Positions 16,886 through 26,485 of a DNA stretch of 64,000 bases are shown in pieces; the first letter of the stretch is position 1, and each line of letters starts with the position of its first letter. Made by a program: the position numbers and the translations under genes. The notes beneath the pieces were generated by a model that was not told the DNA's origin, ran no database searches, and saw only the letters and a list, made by a program, of their open reading frames with translations. Where the stretch lies: contig SKRC01000085.1 in NCBI GenBank assembly GCA_007118695.1, positions 14,693 to 78,692 of the forward strand. Direction: 5' to 3'. Source of the DNA: Balneolaceae bacterium (lineage in GTDB: Bacteria; Bacteroidota; Rhodothermia; Balneolales; Balneolaceae).

Positions 16886-16926
16886 GCCACGAAAGGCACG
16901 AAGTCGCGAAGGCACGAAGGTTCACC
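16886..16926. repeat. Octamer-phased repeat (AAGGCACG-type, encoding HEGTKG-like junk peptides)
   Basis: gccacga aaggcacg aagtcgcg aaggcacg aaggttcacc. A related copy, ccacgaagccaccagggcacaaaggtattaccaagg, lies at 61039-61074. Confidence 0.8.
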
Positions 16927-17230
16927 AGGAAAGGATGGAGTATGAATAGCCAGAGCTTTCGGGCTTTTCGACACGCAGAAACCCGGAAGAAAAGATTGAC
17001 AACTTCCATGCCCCCACTTCCTGTTTGGCATGAACAAGGTTCACCGATTTTCATTTTTACTGAAGTTTTTAACAACGTATCTTGATAAGATTATTAAAAT
17101 GCGGGTGTGAGGCATCAAATAGATCGAATTCGATGAAACGGTTAAATGTTAAAAGTGAAAAAAGCCGGTGTCTCACAGTCTCCTGCATCTGACATAGAAA
17201 AATTCACAACGTACTAAATCAATTCACATA

Positions 17231-18394
17231 GTGGCTGATAAGAGCAAAAAAAAGAGCGAAAACCTCGATCATTATCGAAAAAAGATCGACGAGCTCGACC
17301 GCCGGCTGATAGAAACCCTGGCGGAACGGCATAAAACCGTTCAGGGCCTGTTTTCCAATAAGCTGGAAGATGCAAAAAACATTCGCGACCGTGACCGCGA
17401 GAAGGATCTGATGGGCAGAATCCGCGAGCTTGCGGCAGAGGCCGGGGTTGATCCGTATTTTGCCGAAAAACTCTTTCAGGACATTATCAGCCAGAGTGTA
17501 CGGTATCAAACCTACTCACTGGTGGATCATCAGAATAAGAATGGAGCCATACGCTCCGTGAAGGTATCCTACCAGGGAGTAAAGGGAGCCTTCAGCAACC
17601 AGGCCGCCCTTCGTCATTTTGCCGAGCGTTACGATGAGGTGGAGTGTATCGGATTCCGGACGTTTGAACAGGCCGCTGAAGCGGTGGAACAGAAGAAGGT
17701 GGACTATGCCATCCTGCCCATTGAGAATACAACTGCCGGCTCCATCAATGATACGTACGATCTGCTGGCGAAAAAATCCCTGCATATTGTGGGCGAAGAG
17801 GTGATTCATATTGAACACTGCCTGATGGCCCCGGGGAAAATCGCTCTGGAGAACATCCGGCGCATACTCTCCCACCCGCAGGCGATTGCCCAGTGCAGCC
17901 GGTTTTTGGCTGATTTGCCTCGGTGTACGGTGGAATCTTATCATGATACAGCCATGGCTGCCCAAAAAGTAAGGGAAGATAATGATCTCTCGCAAGCAGC
18001 CATTGCCAGTGCTTATGCTGCCGAGTTGTATGATCTGAAAATCATTCGAAAAGATATAGCCAATCAACCCGAGAATTTTACGCGTTTTGTTGTGGTAAGC
18101 AGGGAACCGGTTACGGTGGATGCTCAGATCAGCTGCAAAACCTCCCTGGTAATTGCAACTCCTCACGAAAAAGGGGCGCTGATCAAGTGCCTGAAAGTGC
18201 TCGAAGAGCATGGAATCAATATGACCAAGCTGGAGTCGCGGCCCCGGCCGAGAAAGCCGTGGCAGTACCAGTTCTTTCTGGATGTGGAAGGCAACATCAA
18301 CAATCCGGTGGTCGAAAAAGGCTTGAAAGAACTTGAAGGGAAATCGGTGTATATGAAAATTCTCGGCAGCTACCCGAAACAGGCGGACTCGTAA
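17231..18394 (+). CDS. pheA: Bifunctional chorismate mutase / prephenate dehydratase (P-protein)
   Basis: N-terminal CM_2 helix (IDELDRRLIETLAERHK), a PDT domain (VSYQGVKGAFSNQAA ... ENTTAGSI) and a C-terminal ACT domain with the ESRP motif. GTG start. Confidence 0.85.
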   Translation: MADKSKKKSENLDHYRKKIDELDRRLIETLAERHKTVQGLFSNKLEDAKNIRDRDREKDLMGRIRELAAEAGVDPYFAEKLFQDIISQSVRYQTYSLVDHQNKNGAIRSVKVSYQGVKGAFSNQAALRHFAERYDEVECIGFRTFEQAAEAVEQKKVDYAILPIENTTAGSINDTYDLLAKKSLHIVGEEVIHIEHCLMAPGKIALENIRRILSHPQAIAQCSRFLADLPRCTVESYHDTAMAAQKVREDNDLSQAAIASAYAAELYDLKIIRKDIANQPENFTRFVVVSREPVTVDAQISCKTSLVIATPHEKGALIKCLKVLEEHGINMTKLESRPRPRKPWQYQFFLDVEGNINNPVVEKGLKELEGKSVYMKILGSYPKQADS

Positions 18395-18497
18395 ACCGGC
18401 ATACCAGGTCCACCAACTTTTTCTAATCAAGCAGTGAAATTTTCATCTGAATTGTTTATATCTGCTTAGTCAGAATCTCAACTAAATTGTAGCAACT

Positions 18498-19814
18498 ATG
18501 AAGAGGATTTTACCTGTTTTCGGAGTGAGTCTTGTAATTGCTTTTTGTCTGACCGTTGCAAGTGCAACGGCTCAGGATTTTGATTGGCATGAGTATATCG
18601 AACAGCGTACTGACGAACTATTTGATCAGGTTGTGGAGTGGAGGCGGCATTTCCATGAGAATCCGGAGCTCTCCAACAGGGAATTTGAAACGGCCCGGTA
18701 TATTGAAAGATTTCTCAGGGACCTTGGCCTGGAAGTGGAAACGGAGATTGCACATACCGGGGTGGTTGGGGTACTGGAAGGGGGAATGCCCGGGCCGGTA
18801 GTCGGACTGCGGGCCGATATGGATGCCTTGCCGGTGAGGGAGCGGGTTGATATTCCCTTCGCATCTAATGTGGTCTCGGAATACATGGGAGAAGAGGTCC
18901 CTGTGAGCCACGCCTGCGGCCATGACACCCACATGGCGATGTTAATGGGAGCAGCAAAGATTCTGACTGAGAAGAAAGAAGAGTTGTCCGGAACCGTTAA
19001 ATTTATTTTCCAGCCGGCCGAAGAAGGAGCTCCCGAGGGCGAGGAAGGCGGGGCAGAGTTGATGGTCAGGGAAGGTGTACTTGAAAACCCGGATGTAGAT
19101 GTGATCTTTGGTCAGCATATCTGGTCACTGAAACCGGTCGGGAAAATCGGTTACCGGGCAGGGGGAATCATGGCTGCATCCGACAGATTCCGGATCACGG
19201 TTCACGGCCGGCAAACACATGGATCCACGCCATGGGACGGGGTTGATCCGGTAACGGCTTCTGCTCAAATTATTACCGGTCTGAATACAATTGTGAGCCG
19301 TCAAACCGAGCTGACAAAAGAAGCGGCAGTTATTTCGGTGGGACGAATCCGGGCCGGTGTCAGGCATAATATCATACCGGAAACGGCCGAACTGATCGGT
19401 ACAATCCGGACCCTCGACAGTGACATGCAAGACAAGATACACGCCGATGTCCACCGGACCGCTACCAAAATTGCCGAAAGTATGGGGGCGACAGCGGACA
19501 TGGAGATTACCCGGGGTTACCCGGTCACCTACAACGATCCCGATCTGACCGCGAAGATGCTGCCATCCCTGCAAAGAACGGCCGGAGATGTAAATGTTGA
19601 ACATATTAATGCGATAACCGGAGCCGAGGATTTCTCTTTTTTCCAGATGGATGTGCCCGGCCTGTATTTCTTTATCGGAGGTATGCCACCGGATATGGAT
19701 CCGGCTGACGCACCGTCTCATCACACACCTGATTTTTACATCGATGAAGAAGGGATGCGGATCGGGGTGAAGGCACTGGCTATACTTGCTGTGGATTATA
19801 TGCAAATGGATTAA
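18498..19814 (+). CDS. M20D-family amidohydrolase (N-acyl-amino-acid/hippurate hydrolase-like), secreted
   Basis: Signal peptide MKRILPVFGVSLVIAFCLTVASATA. Also HENPELSNRE, HACGHDTHMAMLMGAA and FQPAEEG metal-binding motifs. Confidence 0.85.
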   Translation: MKRILPVFGVSLVIAFCLTVASATAQDFDWHEYIEQRTDELFDQVVEWRRHFHENPELSNREFETARYIERFLRDLGLEVETEIAHTGVVGVLEGGMPGPVVGLRADMDALPVRERVDIPFASNVVSEYMGEEVPVSHACGHDTHMAMLMGAAKILTEKKEELSGTVKFIFQPAEEGAPEGEEGGAELMVREGVLENPDVDVIFGQHIWSLKPVGKIGYRAGGIMAASDRFRITVHGRQTHGSTPWDGVDPVTASAQIITGLNTIVSRQTELTKEAAVISVGRIRAGVRHNIIPETAELIGTIRTLDSDMQDKIHADVHRTATKIAESMGATADMEITRGYPVTYNDPDLTAKMLPSLQRTAGDVNVEHINAITGAEDFSFFQMDVPGLYFFIGGMPPDMDPADAPSHHTPDFYIDEEGMRIGVKALAILAVDYMQMD

Positions 19815-20150
19815 AATTTGTGAGGAGTCAGGATATCAGGGATTTTTTGAACCCGGTAAAATGGTTTTTATCAATCTAACCCGACAGAAAGTGTTCGGTA
19901 TTGTCGAAGTTTCGGTACCACGTGAATGGAATCGTCAATCGAAAAATGTAAATTGTGGTGGCCTGAATGGGTCACCTGCGTGAAAGGTGCTTTAAGTTCA
20001 AGTGATCTGCCAACTCTGACAAGTTCTTTTGGCTTGGCAAAAAATATGCTAACGCCACTTTCAAGTTTCTTTCTTGTATACGTGAAAAATAACCTTGATG
20101 GCATTTTTAAATTTCTCTACCTTTAGGCCTTTAAAATCAAAAGGAAATGA

Positions 20151-20672
20151 ATGGCAACCTACGCTTTTGTCCTGCTTGCAGTTTTAGCCGTGGCTTCGGC
20201 CCTGGCAATGGTATTAAATAAGAATACGGTTAACAGTGCGCTGTTTCTTGTATTGAATTTGATGTCTGTTGCAGGCCTTTACCTGCTTTTGCACGCCCAG
20301 TTTCTGGCAATAATTCAGATCCTGGTCTATGCAGGGGCAATTATGGTCCTGTTTCTGTTTGTCATCATGCTGTTGAATGTGGATGAAGAAGAGAGCCTCT
20401 TCGATAAATTCAGGGCAATCTATCTCGTTGCATTTTTGTTGGGCGTCGTGGTTTTTGGCCAGATCGTCTACAGTCTCGGAGGCGTTACGGATTTGCTGCC
20501 GGAAATATCAGCCGATATGGCGTATGTGGGAACGGTTGAAGCGGTAGGGGAAGTGCTTTACACAACGTATTTGATGCCTTTTGAAATGACAGCCATCCTC
20601 CTTACTGCCGCCGTTGTGGGTGCGCTCATGATCGCTCAGTATAAAGTTAAAACATCGGATCAGGAAGAATGA
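20151..20672 (+). CDS. nuoJ: NADH-quinone oxidoreductase subunit J
   Basis: 173 aa. The LNLMSVAGLYLLLHAQFLAIIQILVYAGAIMVLFLFVIMLLN block is typical of NuoJ/ND6. Confidence 0.85.
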   Translation: MATYAFVLLAVLAVASALAMVLNKNTVNSALFLVLNLMSVAGLYLLLHAQFLAIIQILVYAGAIMVLFLFVIMLLNVDEEESLFDKFRAIYLVAFLLGVVVFGQIVYSLGGVTDLLPEISADMAYVGTVEAVGEVLYTTYLMPFEMTAILLTAAVVGALMIAQYKVKTSDQEE

Positions 20673-20971
20673 TTGGAATTGATTGGTACCTTGCTCTTAG
20701 TGCTGTTCTCTTTATCATTGGTGTGATAGGTGTGTTGATCCGCCGCAATGCCATTGTTATTCTGATGTGTGTTGAACTGATGCTCAACTCTGTCAATATC
20801 TCCCTGATTGCTTTTGCCAGCCATCACGGTGATATTACAGGTCAGGTTCTCGTCTTTTTTGTTTTGGCAGTTGCAGCGGCTGAAGCCGTCATCGGCCTTG
20901 CCATCATCCTTGCCATATTCAGAAACAACCTCTCCATAGACATCACGAAAGTGAACCTGCTGCGATGGTAA
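20669..20971 (+). CDS. nuoK: NADH-quinone oxidoreductase subunit K
   Basis: 100 aa, 3 TM. LIRRNAIVILMCVELMLNSVNISLIAF carries the conserved TM2/TM3 Glu residues. The start overlaps the nuoJ stop by 4 nt. Confidence 0.9.
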   Translation: MIGIDWYLALSAVLFIIGVIGVLIRRNAIVILMCVELMLNSVNISLIAFASHHGDITGQVLVFFVLAVAAAEAVIGLAIILAIFRNNLSIDITKVNLLRW

Positions 20972-21046
20972 TGCAACCCGGTTTGCCTGTAACGACAGCG
21001 ATCGGCGTAAGTCGCTATGACAAGTCTTGAGTCCTGAGTTGCACGC

Positions 21047-21123
21047 TCAAGGTTCAAGGTTCAAGGTTCAAAACTCAATACTCACTACTCAATACTCAAT
21101 ACTCACGACTCAATACTCAAGAA
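21047..21123. repeat. Eleven uninterrupted TCA-phased heptads
   Basis: tcaaggt x3, tcaaaac, tcaatac, tcactac, tcaatac x2, tcacgac, tcaatac, tcaagaa. This is exactly 77 nt, in the convergent gap between nuoK and the last mrp gene. Confidence 0.95.
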
Positions 21124-21126
21124 GAC

Positions 21127-22845
21127 TCAAAAAATTAAAAATACACCCAGCACAATAACCACAAAAAGCACAAAAGCCATCACCACGTCCATGGGCGGGC
21201 TATAGGTTTGAGCGTTGTGGTCTTTCCGGCCGAAGGGATTGAGCCACTTCATCGGATTGTCGAATTGCCCGGAGATGCGGATGGCAAAGGCATGGACGGT
21301 TATTTGAATTATGTCAAAGAGATTGTCAATGGCGTTGACGAATATCCGACGGAAGAAAGGGGCCGGCTTGCGGTAGAACCAGTCGAAATCCAGGGCAATG
21401 ATCCGCTCACCGCCAAGTTTTTTCCGGTACAGCCAGAAGCCGGCAAAGGTGAGCAAGGCAATTTGCGTGATCTCTACAAAATGATAGACCGTGAACGGCT
21501 GGTAGTCGGTTTCAAATGGCAGATAGATGTAAAGGGTATTCGGAAAAAGGCCGTAAAAAATGCAGAGAAATGCGGCGATTCCCATCGCGATATACATGTT
21601 GAAGGGCAGGGGCTTTACTTCAATATCGGTATCTTCCTTGTCGAACCAGGTGAAGTAAGGAAGTTTCAGGCCCACACTGAGAAACGTGCCAACACCGGCC
21701 AGGATCAACATCAGCATGGCCGTTTCGTTGCCGGCATACCCGGCCGCATCTACGGTCATCGCCTTGCTGATGAAGCCGTTGAACAGAGGCAGGCCCGAAA
21801 TGGAAAAGGCCCCTACCATATAGAGGATCATCGTCCAGCGCATCTTGTTTTTCAATCCGCCGAGATCAACCAGCTTTGTTGTGCCGGTGGCATAGAGCAC
21901 TGCACCTGCACCCATAAACATGAGTGATTTATAGAGAATATGGCTGTAGGCGTGAGCGGCCGAACCGTTAAGCGCCATTTCGGTGCCGATCCCGATACCT
22001 GCCACCATAAACCCGACCTGGCTGACGATGTGATAGGCCAGGATTTCCCTCATATCCTTGCAGATCACCGCGTAAAGCACACCGTAGATGGCCATGGCCG
22101 CACCGAACCAGGTGAGCAGCTCCCAGCCGGGAAAGACCCGGAGCAGCACATACACAGCCGATTTGGTGGTAAACGCACTCATGAATACCGCCCCGGTAAT
22201 GGTTGCTTTGGGATAGGCATCGGGCAGCCAGACGTGCAGCGGTATGACGGCGGCATTAATGGCAACCCCGATCAGTATCAATACGGCCGCTGTCGATTCA
22301 AAGTCGCTGAATGTGGTGACAGCAATGGACCCGGTAGTCGCCAGGTGCCATAAAATTCCGGCCAGCAGGATTCCTCCTCCGAGGACGTGGAAGATCAGGT
22401 AACGCATTCCGGCTCCATCGCTTTCGGGAGTCCGGCGGGCCCAGACCAGCCAGGTGGAACTGATGGCCATCAACTCCCAGTAGACCAGCAGCGTAAAGAA
22501 ATCACCGGCATAGGTAACACCAATGGCACTTCCGGCATAGACAAGCGCGGCAATCTGTTGTCCCAGATCCCTGATATGCCATGCATAGATACCGGCTATC
22601 AGTGCCGTAGCAGCAAAAATGATTCCGAAAAGCCGGCTCAGAGCGTCCACCTGCATCAGTACCAGCTCAAGGCCTGCAAGAGACCCTGTTACCTCATATC
22701 CGTCCGGCCTGCCAAAGACGACTACAAGGGCAGCAATCGGAAAGATGAGAAAGACGGAACTTCGCAGTTTTTCCGGTATCAGCGGGAGGACAAGTGCTCC
22801 CAGGATTAATATAATTCCCGGTATGGTGATAAACTCAGCGATCAT
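21127..22845 (-). CDS. MrpD/MrpA-like antiporter-type subunit with C-terminal extension (NuoL/M/N family)
   Basis: 572 aa with WELMAISS, LHVWLPDAYPKA, TTKSAVY and HAYSHILYKSLMFMGAG blocks of the proton-conducting family. A roughly 110-aa C-terminal tail ends in one TM helix. Last gene of the operon. Confidence 0.75.
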   Translation of the reverse strand: MIAEFITIPGIILILGALVLPLIPEKLRSSVFLIFPIAALVVVFGRPDGYEVTGSLAGLELVLMQVDALSRLFGIIFAATALIAGIYAWHIRDLGQQIAALVYAGSAIGVTYAGDFFTLLVYWELMAISSTWLVWARRTPESDGAGMRYLIFHVLGGGILLAGILWHLATTGSIAVTTFSDFESTAAVLILIGVAINAAVIPLHVWLPDAYPKATITGAVFMSAFTTKSAVYVLLRVFPGWELLTWFGAAMAIYGVLYAVICKDMREILAYHIVSQVGFMVAGIGIGTEMALNGSAAHAYSHILYKSLMFMGAGAVLYATGTTKLVDLGGLKNKMRWTMILYMVGAFSISGLPLFNGFISKAMTVDAAGYAGNETAMLMLILAGVGTFLSVGLKLPYFTWFDKEDTDIEVKPLPFNMYIAMGIAAFLCIFYGLFPNTLYIYLPFETDYQPFTVYHFVEITQIALLTFAGFWLYRKKLGGERIIALDFDWFYRKPAPFFRRIFVNAIDNLFDIIQITVHAFAIRISGQFDNPMKWLNPFGRKDHNAQTYSPPMDVVMAFVLFVVIVLGVFLIF

Positions 22846-23050
22846 AATAGTCTGGATCTCGCTTCACAAGGTTGTTGGAAATAAATTTTGCTACATAAAT
22901 GATGGCCAGGCACGACAGGAAGCCCCAGAGGGCATAAAATGCCGGTACGGCGTTCCACCAGTGGCTGTCGTAATCGGCCAGTACGGTAAATTCAAGGATA
23001 AGAGTGATCAAAAAGAGTATGCCAAGAGCGATCCATTGCCAGTTTTTCAT
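22835..23050 (-). CDS. Hypothetical 71-aa two-TM membrane protein inside the mrp operon
   Basis: Two hydrophobic helices. The start overlaps the upstream stop (TGATG), and the 3' end overlaps the next gene by 11 nt, which supports it being translated. Confidence 0.4.
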   Translation of the reverse strand: MKNWQWIALGILFLITLILEFTVLADYDSHWWNAVPAFYALWGFLSCLAIIYVAKFISNNLVKRDPDYYDR

Positions 23051-24537
23051 CAGGTACCTCCGTTAAATATGGCGTTGCTGATGGCGCTTGCCAGTTCAAA
23101 AAAGTGGAAAAACAGATCCGGAAACAGCCCGAATACAATAGACAGAATGGCGGTAACCATAATCGGAACGACCATAAAGGGGGAGGCCTCTCCGTATTTT
23201 TCAAGTTCCGGCCCGCCTTTCTTGAAATAGGCCCTCCAGATAATCGGGAAGAAATACCCGACATTCAGCAGCCCGCTGATCACCAGGATCAGAACCGGGA
23301 CCAGCATACCGCCTTCCAGGGAGCCGATGGCCAGGTACCATTTGCTTACAAATCCGTTCAGCGGTGGAATTCCTGCCAGACCCATTGAGCCGATCACAAA
23401 GGCTCCCATCGTCCATGGCATCACCTTGGCAATGCCGTTCAGGTCACTGATATTTTCTTTGTGCAGATTCACATAGATTGCCCCGGCACAAAAGAAGAGG
23501 GTAATCTTCATGGTGGCGTGCGCGGCGATATGCATAATACCGCCGGTCATGCCCAGCGGAGTGATCAGGGCAGCCCCGAGCACGATGTAGGACAAATGAC
23601 CGACCGTGGAATAGGCCAGCCGCCGTTTGAGGTTGTCCTGCCGGAAGGCGAGAAGTGACGCGCATATAATGGTAATGCCGGCAATGACCATCAGGATATC
23701 GTTGAGGCTGTAATCGGCCATCGCGTCACTGCCAAATACATATCCGACGACCCGGATTATTCCGAATACCCCCGACTTTACCACTGCTACCGCATGCAGC
23801 AGGGCACTTACCGGGGTGGGTGCCACCATGGCCGTTGGCAGCCAGGAGTGGATCGGCATGATTCCGGCTTTCACACCCACTCCCCCCAGGAAGAGCATGA
23901 AGACCGCCAGCATCATGGGAGCCGAAATATCGAGCCCGCCGTAAACACCGCCCGGCCTGAAATCCATGGTGCCGGTCAGGTAATAGGTCATTGCGGCCGC
24001 GGCTACCAGCATAAGGCCGGCCGTAAGGGTGTAGGCCAGGTATTCGCGTCCGCCGGCAATCGCTTCCTTGTTTTCCTTATGGATGACAAGCGGGTAGGTG
24101 GCGAGCGTCAGAATCTCGTAAAAGATGACAAACGTAAGCAGGTTCCCGGAAAAGGCAATGCCGATCGTGGATGATAAACAGACGGCAAAACTTGCAAAAT
24201 ATCGCGTTTGTTTTTTTTCACCGGCGCCACGCATGTAGCCGATCGAATAAAACGAGGTGAATATCCAAAGCCCGGAAGCGATCACTGCAAAAAAGACTCC
24301 GAAAGGATCGGCCGCCAGTTGCAGCGGCACATTCGGGGCGATCTCAATAATATCGAGTACGACGGTTTCTCCCCGCACGGCAGACGGCAGCAGCATCAGC
24401 ACGAGGCCAAATTTGATCACGGCTGCGAGAATGGTCCAGAATTCACGCAGATTGGGCCTGTGGGAGCTGAGCAGTATCGGCACAACCGCTACCAGGGAAA
24501 CCAATACAGCAAATAATGGTACGTACGTTAGTTCCAT
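23050..24537 (-). CDS. mrpD: Monovalent cation/H+ antiporter subunit D-like (NuoM/N family)
   Basis: 495 aa with PIHSWLPTAMVAPTPVSALLHAVAVVKSGVFG and HIAAHATMKITLFFCAG blocks. Confidence 0.85.
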   Translation of the reverse strand: MELTYVPLFAVLVSLVAVVPILLSSHRPNLREFWTILAAVIKFGLVLMLLPSAVRGETVVLDIIEIAPNVPLQLAADPFGVFFAVIASGLWIFTSFYSIGYMRGAGEKKQTRYFASFAVCLSSTIGIAFSGNLLTFVIFYEILTLATYPLVIHKENKEAIAGGREYLAYTLTAGLMLVAAAAMTYYLTGTMDFRPGGVYGGLDISAPMMLAVFMLFLGGVGVKAGIMPIHSWLPTAMVAPTPVSALLHAVAVVKSGVFGIIRVVGYVFGSDAMADYSLNDILMVIAGITIICASLLAFRQDNLKRRLAYSTVGHLSYIVLGAALITPLGMTGGIMHIAAHATMKITLFFCAGAIYVNLHKENISDLNGIAKVMPWTMGAFVIGSMGLAGIPPLNGFVSKWYLAIGSLEGGMLVPVLILVISGLLNVGYFFPIIWRAYFKKGGPELEKYGEASPFMVVPIMVTAILSIVFGLFPDLFFHFFELASAISNAIFNGGT

Positions 24538-24620
24538 TTATAAATGGTCAATTAGATAATTTCAAATCGTTTGTTAATCTGTACTTTACTCTATGAAAGT
24601 TGAACGTATGCAAGGCGAAA

Positions 24621-26111
24621 TTAAAAACCGGACGGTATCATATTCATAATCATAGCAACAATGGCTACGTTAAAGATTCCGATTAAAATAAGTCCGACGG
24701 CAAATACCATTGTCGGGTAAAGCATCGACGGCTGTACTTCATTATTTTCTCCAACATGATCCTGTACCGGCACTTCGTCATCGGGATTTTTCATATACAC
24801 TTTTTCGAGTACTCTGAAGAAGTAGACGGCATTCAGCAGTGAACTGATCAGAATAACGGCAAGAAAGAGCCAGTTATCGGCTTCCACCGTGCCGAGTACC
24901 AGGTACCACTTGCTGAAAAACCCGGCCAGCGGCGGCAGTCCGACCATCGAAATGGCAGCCACGGAGAATGAAAACATCGTCCACGGGTATTTTCTCCGGT
25001 AGGAGTGTTCGAACAGGCTGATATCGGAGTGGCCTTCCTTGTGCCTCAGGTTGGCGGCCACCATAAAGAGACACGCTTTCATAACGGCGTGATTTAGAAT
25101 ATGCAGCAATGCACCGATAAAACCGAACGGGTTGGCCAGGCTGATTCCCATGATGATATACCCGATCTGGGAAATACTGGAATAAGCGAGCATCCGCTTC
25201 AACTCATTTTGTGCAATAGCCATGATGGATCCGTACAGTATTCCGATGCATGCAAGCACTCCGACAGTGTAGGAGATCGGAACCACCAGGTCGAGCAGCT
25301 CAATACCGAACAGGTAAAGCATTACACGGATCAAAACATAGGCGGCGACCTTCGTGCCGATCGGTGCGATGAGAGCCGAGGAGGAAGAAGCGGCATAGGT
25401 ATAGGAGTCGGGCAGCCAGCCGTGCATCGGGAACAGGGCTGCCTTGGTGCCTATACCAACAATCATCAGAATCACTGCGGTGATGACGGCCGTGTTGCCG
25501 GCAAATTCAGGCAGCATCGGTGCCATGTCGATGATGTTCAGCGTACCGGTAACCGTGTACAGAAAACCGACACCAAGCAGATACAGGGTTCCTCCGGCCG
25601 TGCCGATAATCAGGTAACGGAATGCTGAAAACGGTGCTGCCCTGTCGCCGATGGCTATCAGTGCATACATCGACAGGGATGCGATCTCCAGGAATACAAA
25701 CAGGTTGAACAGGTCGCCGGTTAAAACCATCCCGTTGAATCCGAGCATCAGGAGCATGGCGACACTGTAATAGGCCATCTGCTTGTTCGGAAATTCGTTG
25801 ACGGCCAATTGCCTGGAGTGGATCAATACGATAAATGCGATGACGTTGATCACCACGATCACAAATGCGGAGAGCCCGTCGTAGACGAATTCAATACCGA
25901 CGGGCGGTTCCCAGCCGCCAAACAGGTACCTGAGAGGGATTTCATTCAGGTAGTAGATAAAACCATACACCGAAAAAACGGCTGAAATTCCGGCTCCAAG
26001 TGAGGCCAGCGGCTGACACAGTTCCCTTTTCCAGATTCCAAAAAGGGGAATCAGCACTGAAAATGCCAGGAAATTCAGGGATATGATTGCCGGTAAATGT
26101 GTCTCGATCAT
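24621..26111 (-). CDS. mrpD: Monovalent cation/H+ antiporter subunit D-like (NuoM/N family), second copy
   Basis: 496 aa with FLEIASLS, PMHGWLPDSY, GTKVAAYVLIR and HILNHAVMKACLFMVA blocks. Confidence 0.85.
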   Translation of the reverse strand: MIETHLPAIISLNFLAFSVLIPLFGIWKRELCQPLASLGAGISAVFSVYGFIYYLNEIPLRYLFGGWEPPVGIEFVYDGLSAFVIVVINVIAFIVLIHSRQLAVNEFPNKQMAYYSVAMLLMLGFNGMVLTGDLFNLFVFLEIASLSMYALIAIGDRAAPFSAFRYLIIGTAGGTLYLLGVGFLYTVTGTLNIIDMAPMLPEFAGNTAVITAVILMIVGIGTKAALFPMHGWLPDSYTYAASSSSALIAPIGTKVAAYVLIRVMLYLFGIELLDLVVPISYTVGVLACIGILYGSIMAIAQNELKRMLAYSSISQIGYIIMGISLANPFGFIGALLHILNHAVMKACLFMVAANLRHKEGHSDISLFEHSYRRKYPWTMFSFSVAAISMVGLPPLAGFFSKWYLVLGTVEADNWLFLAVILISSLLNAVYFFRVLEKVYMKNPDDEVPVQDHVGENNEVQPSMLYPTMVFAVGLILIGIFNVAIVAMIMNMIPSGF

Positions 26112-26485
26112 TGAATCTGCTCCAGAATTTCTTCTTCGTCAAGCGTTTTGTATCGGTTGTAGGTGGCCACGAGCAGGGCGAAGGCAACGCCAAGTGTCGC
26201 AACACCTACCACAATAGCTGTGAGCATCAGCGTATGCGGCAGGGGATTCAGGTAATTGGCTACTTCTGCTGTCGGGATCCCGGGATCGCGCACCGGCACG
26301 GTTGCATCCCATTTGGAGCCGATTGAAACCCAGAACAGGACGACAGAAATTTGCAAAATCGTTAGTCCAATTGTTTTTTTGACGAGATTTTTTTTGAACA
26401 TAATTCCGTACAGTCCAATGCAAAGCAGGATGATGGTTAGCCAGTACGCGTAATGTCCTAGTATAAAATCAAACATAATCTTCAC
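26108..26485 (-). CDS. mrpC: Monovalent cation/H+ antiporter subunit C (NuoK-like)
   Basis: 125 aa, 3 TM, resembling NuoK/MrpC (GLTILQISVVLFWVSIG ... LTAIVVGVATLGVAFAL). It overlaps both neighbouring genes. Confidence 0.8.
   Translation of the reverse strand: MKIMFDFILGHYAYWLTIILLCIGLYGIMFKKNLVKKTIGLTILQISVVLFWVSIGSKWDATVPVRDPGIPTAEVANYLNPLPHTLMLTAIVVGVATLGVAFALLVATYNRYKTLDEEEILEQIQ

Noticed and set aside
17516-18430. 304-aa minus-strand ORF covering most of pheA
   Set aside because: It is entirely antisense to a gene with clear chorismate mutase, prephenate dehydratase and ACT motifs. Its own sequence is low-complexity with no motif, so it is a shadow ORF.
19125-19805. 226-aa minus-strand ORF inside the M20 amidohydrolase gene
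   Set aside because: It is antisense to a gene with clear metal-binding motifs and has no motif of its own.
21047-21123. Possible CRISPR array, because of the regular repeats
   Set aside because: The period is 7 nt with no spacers, far from the 24-48-nt repeats and unique spacers of CRISPR. No cas genes are in the window.
21208-21927. 239-aa plus-strand ORF, plus several other 90-200-aa plus-strand ORFs across 21.2-28.7 kb
   Set aside because: All are antisense to the tightly packed mrp operon, whose minus-strand products carry family signatures.
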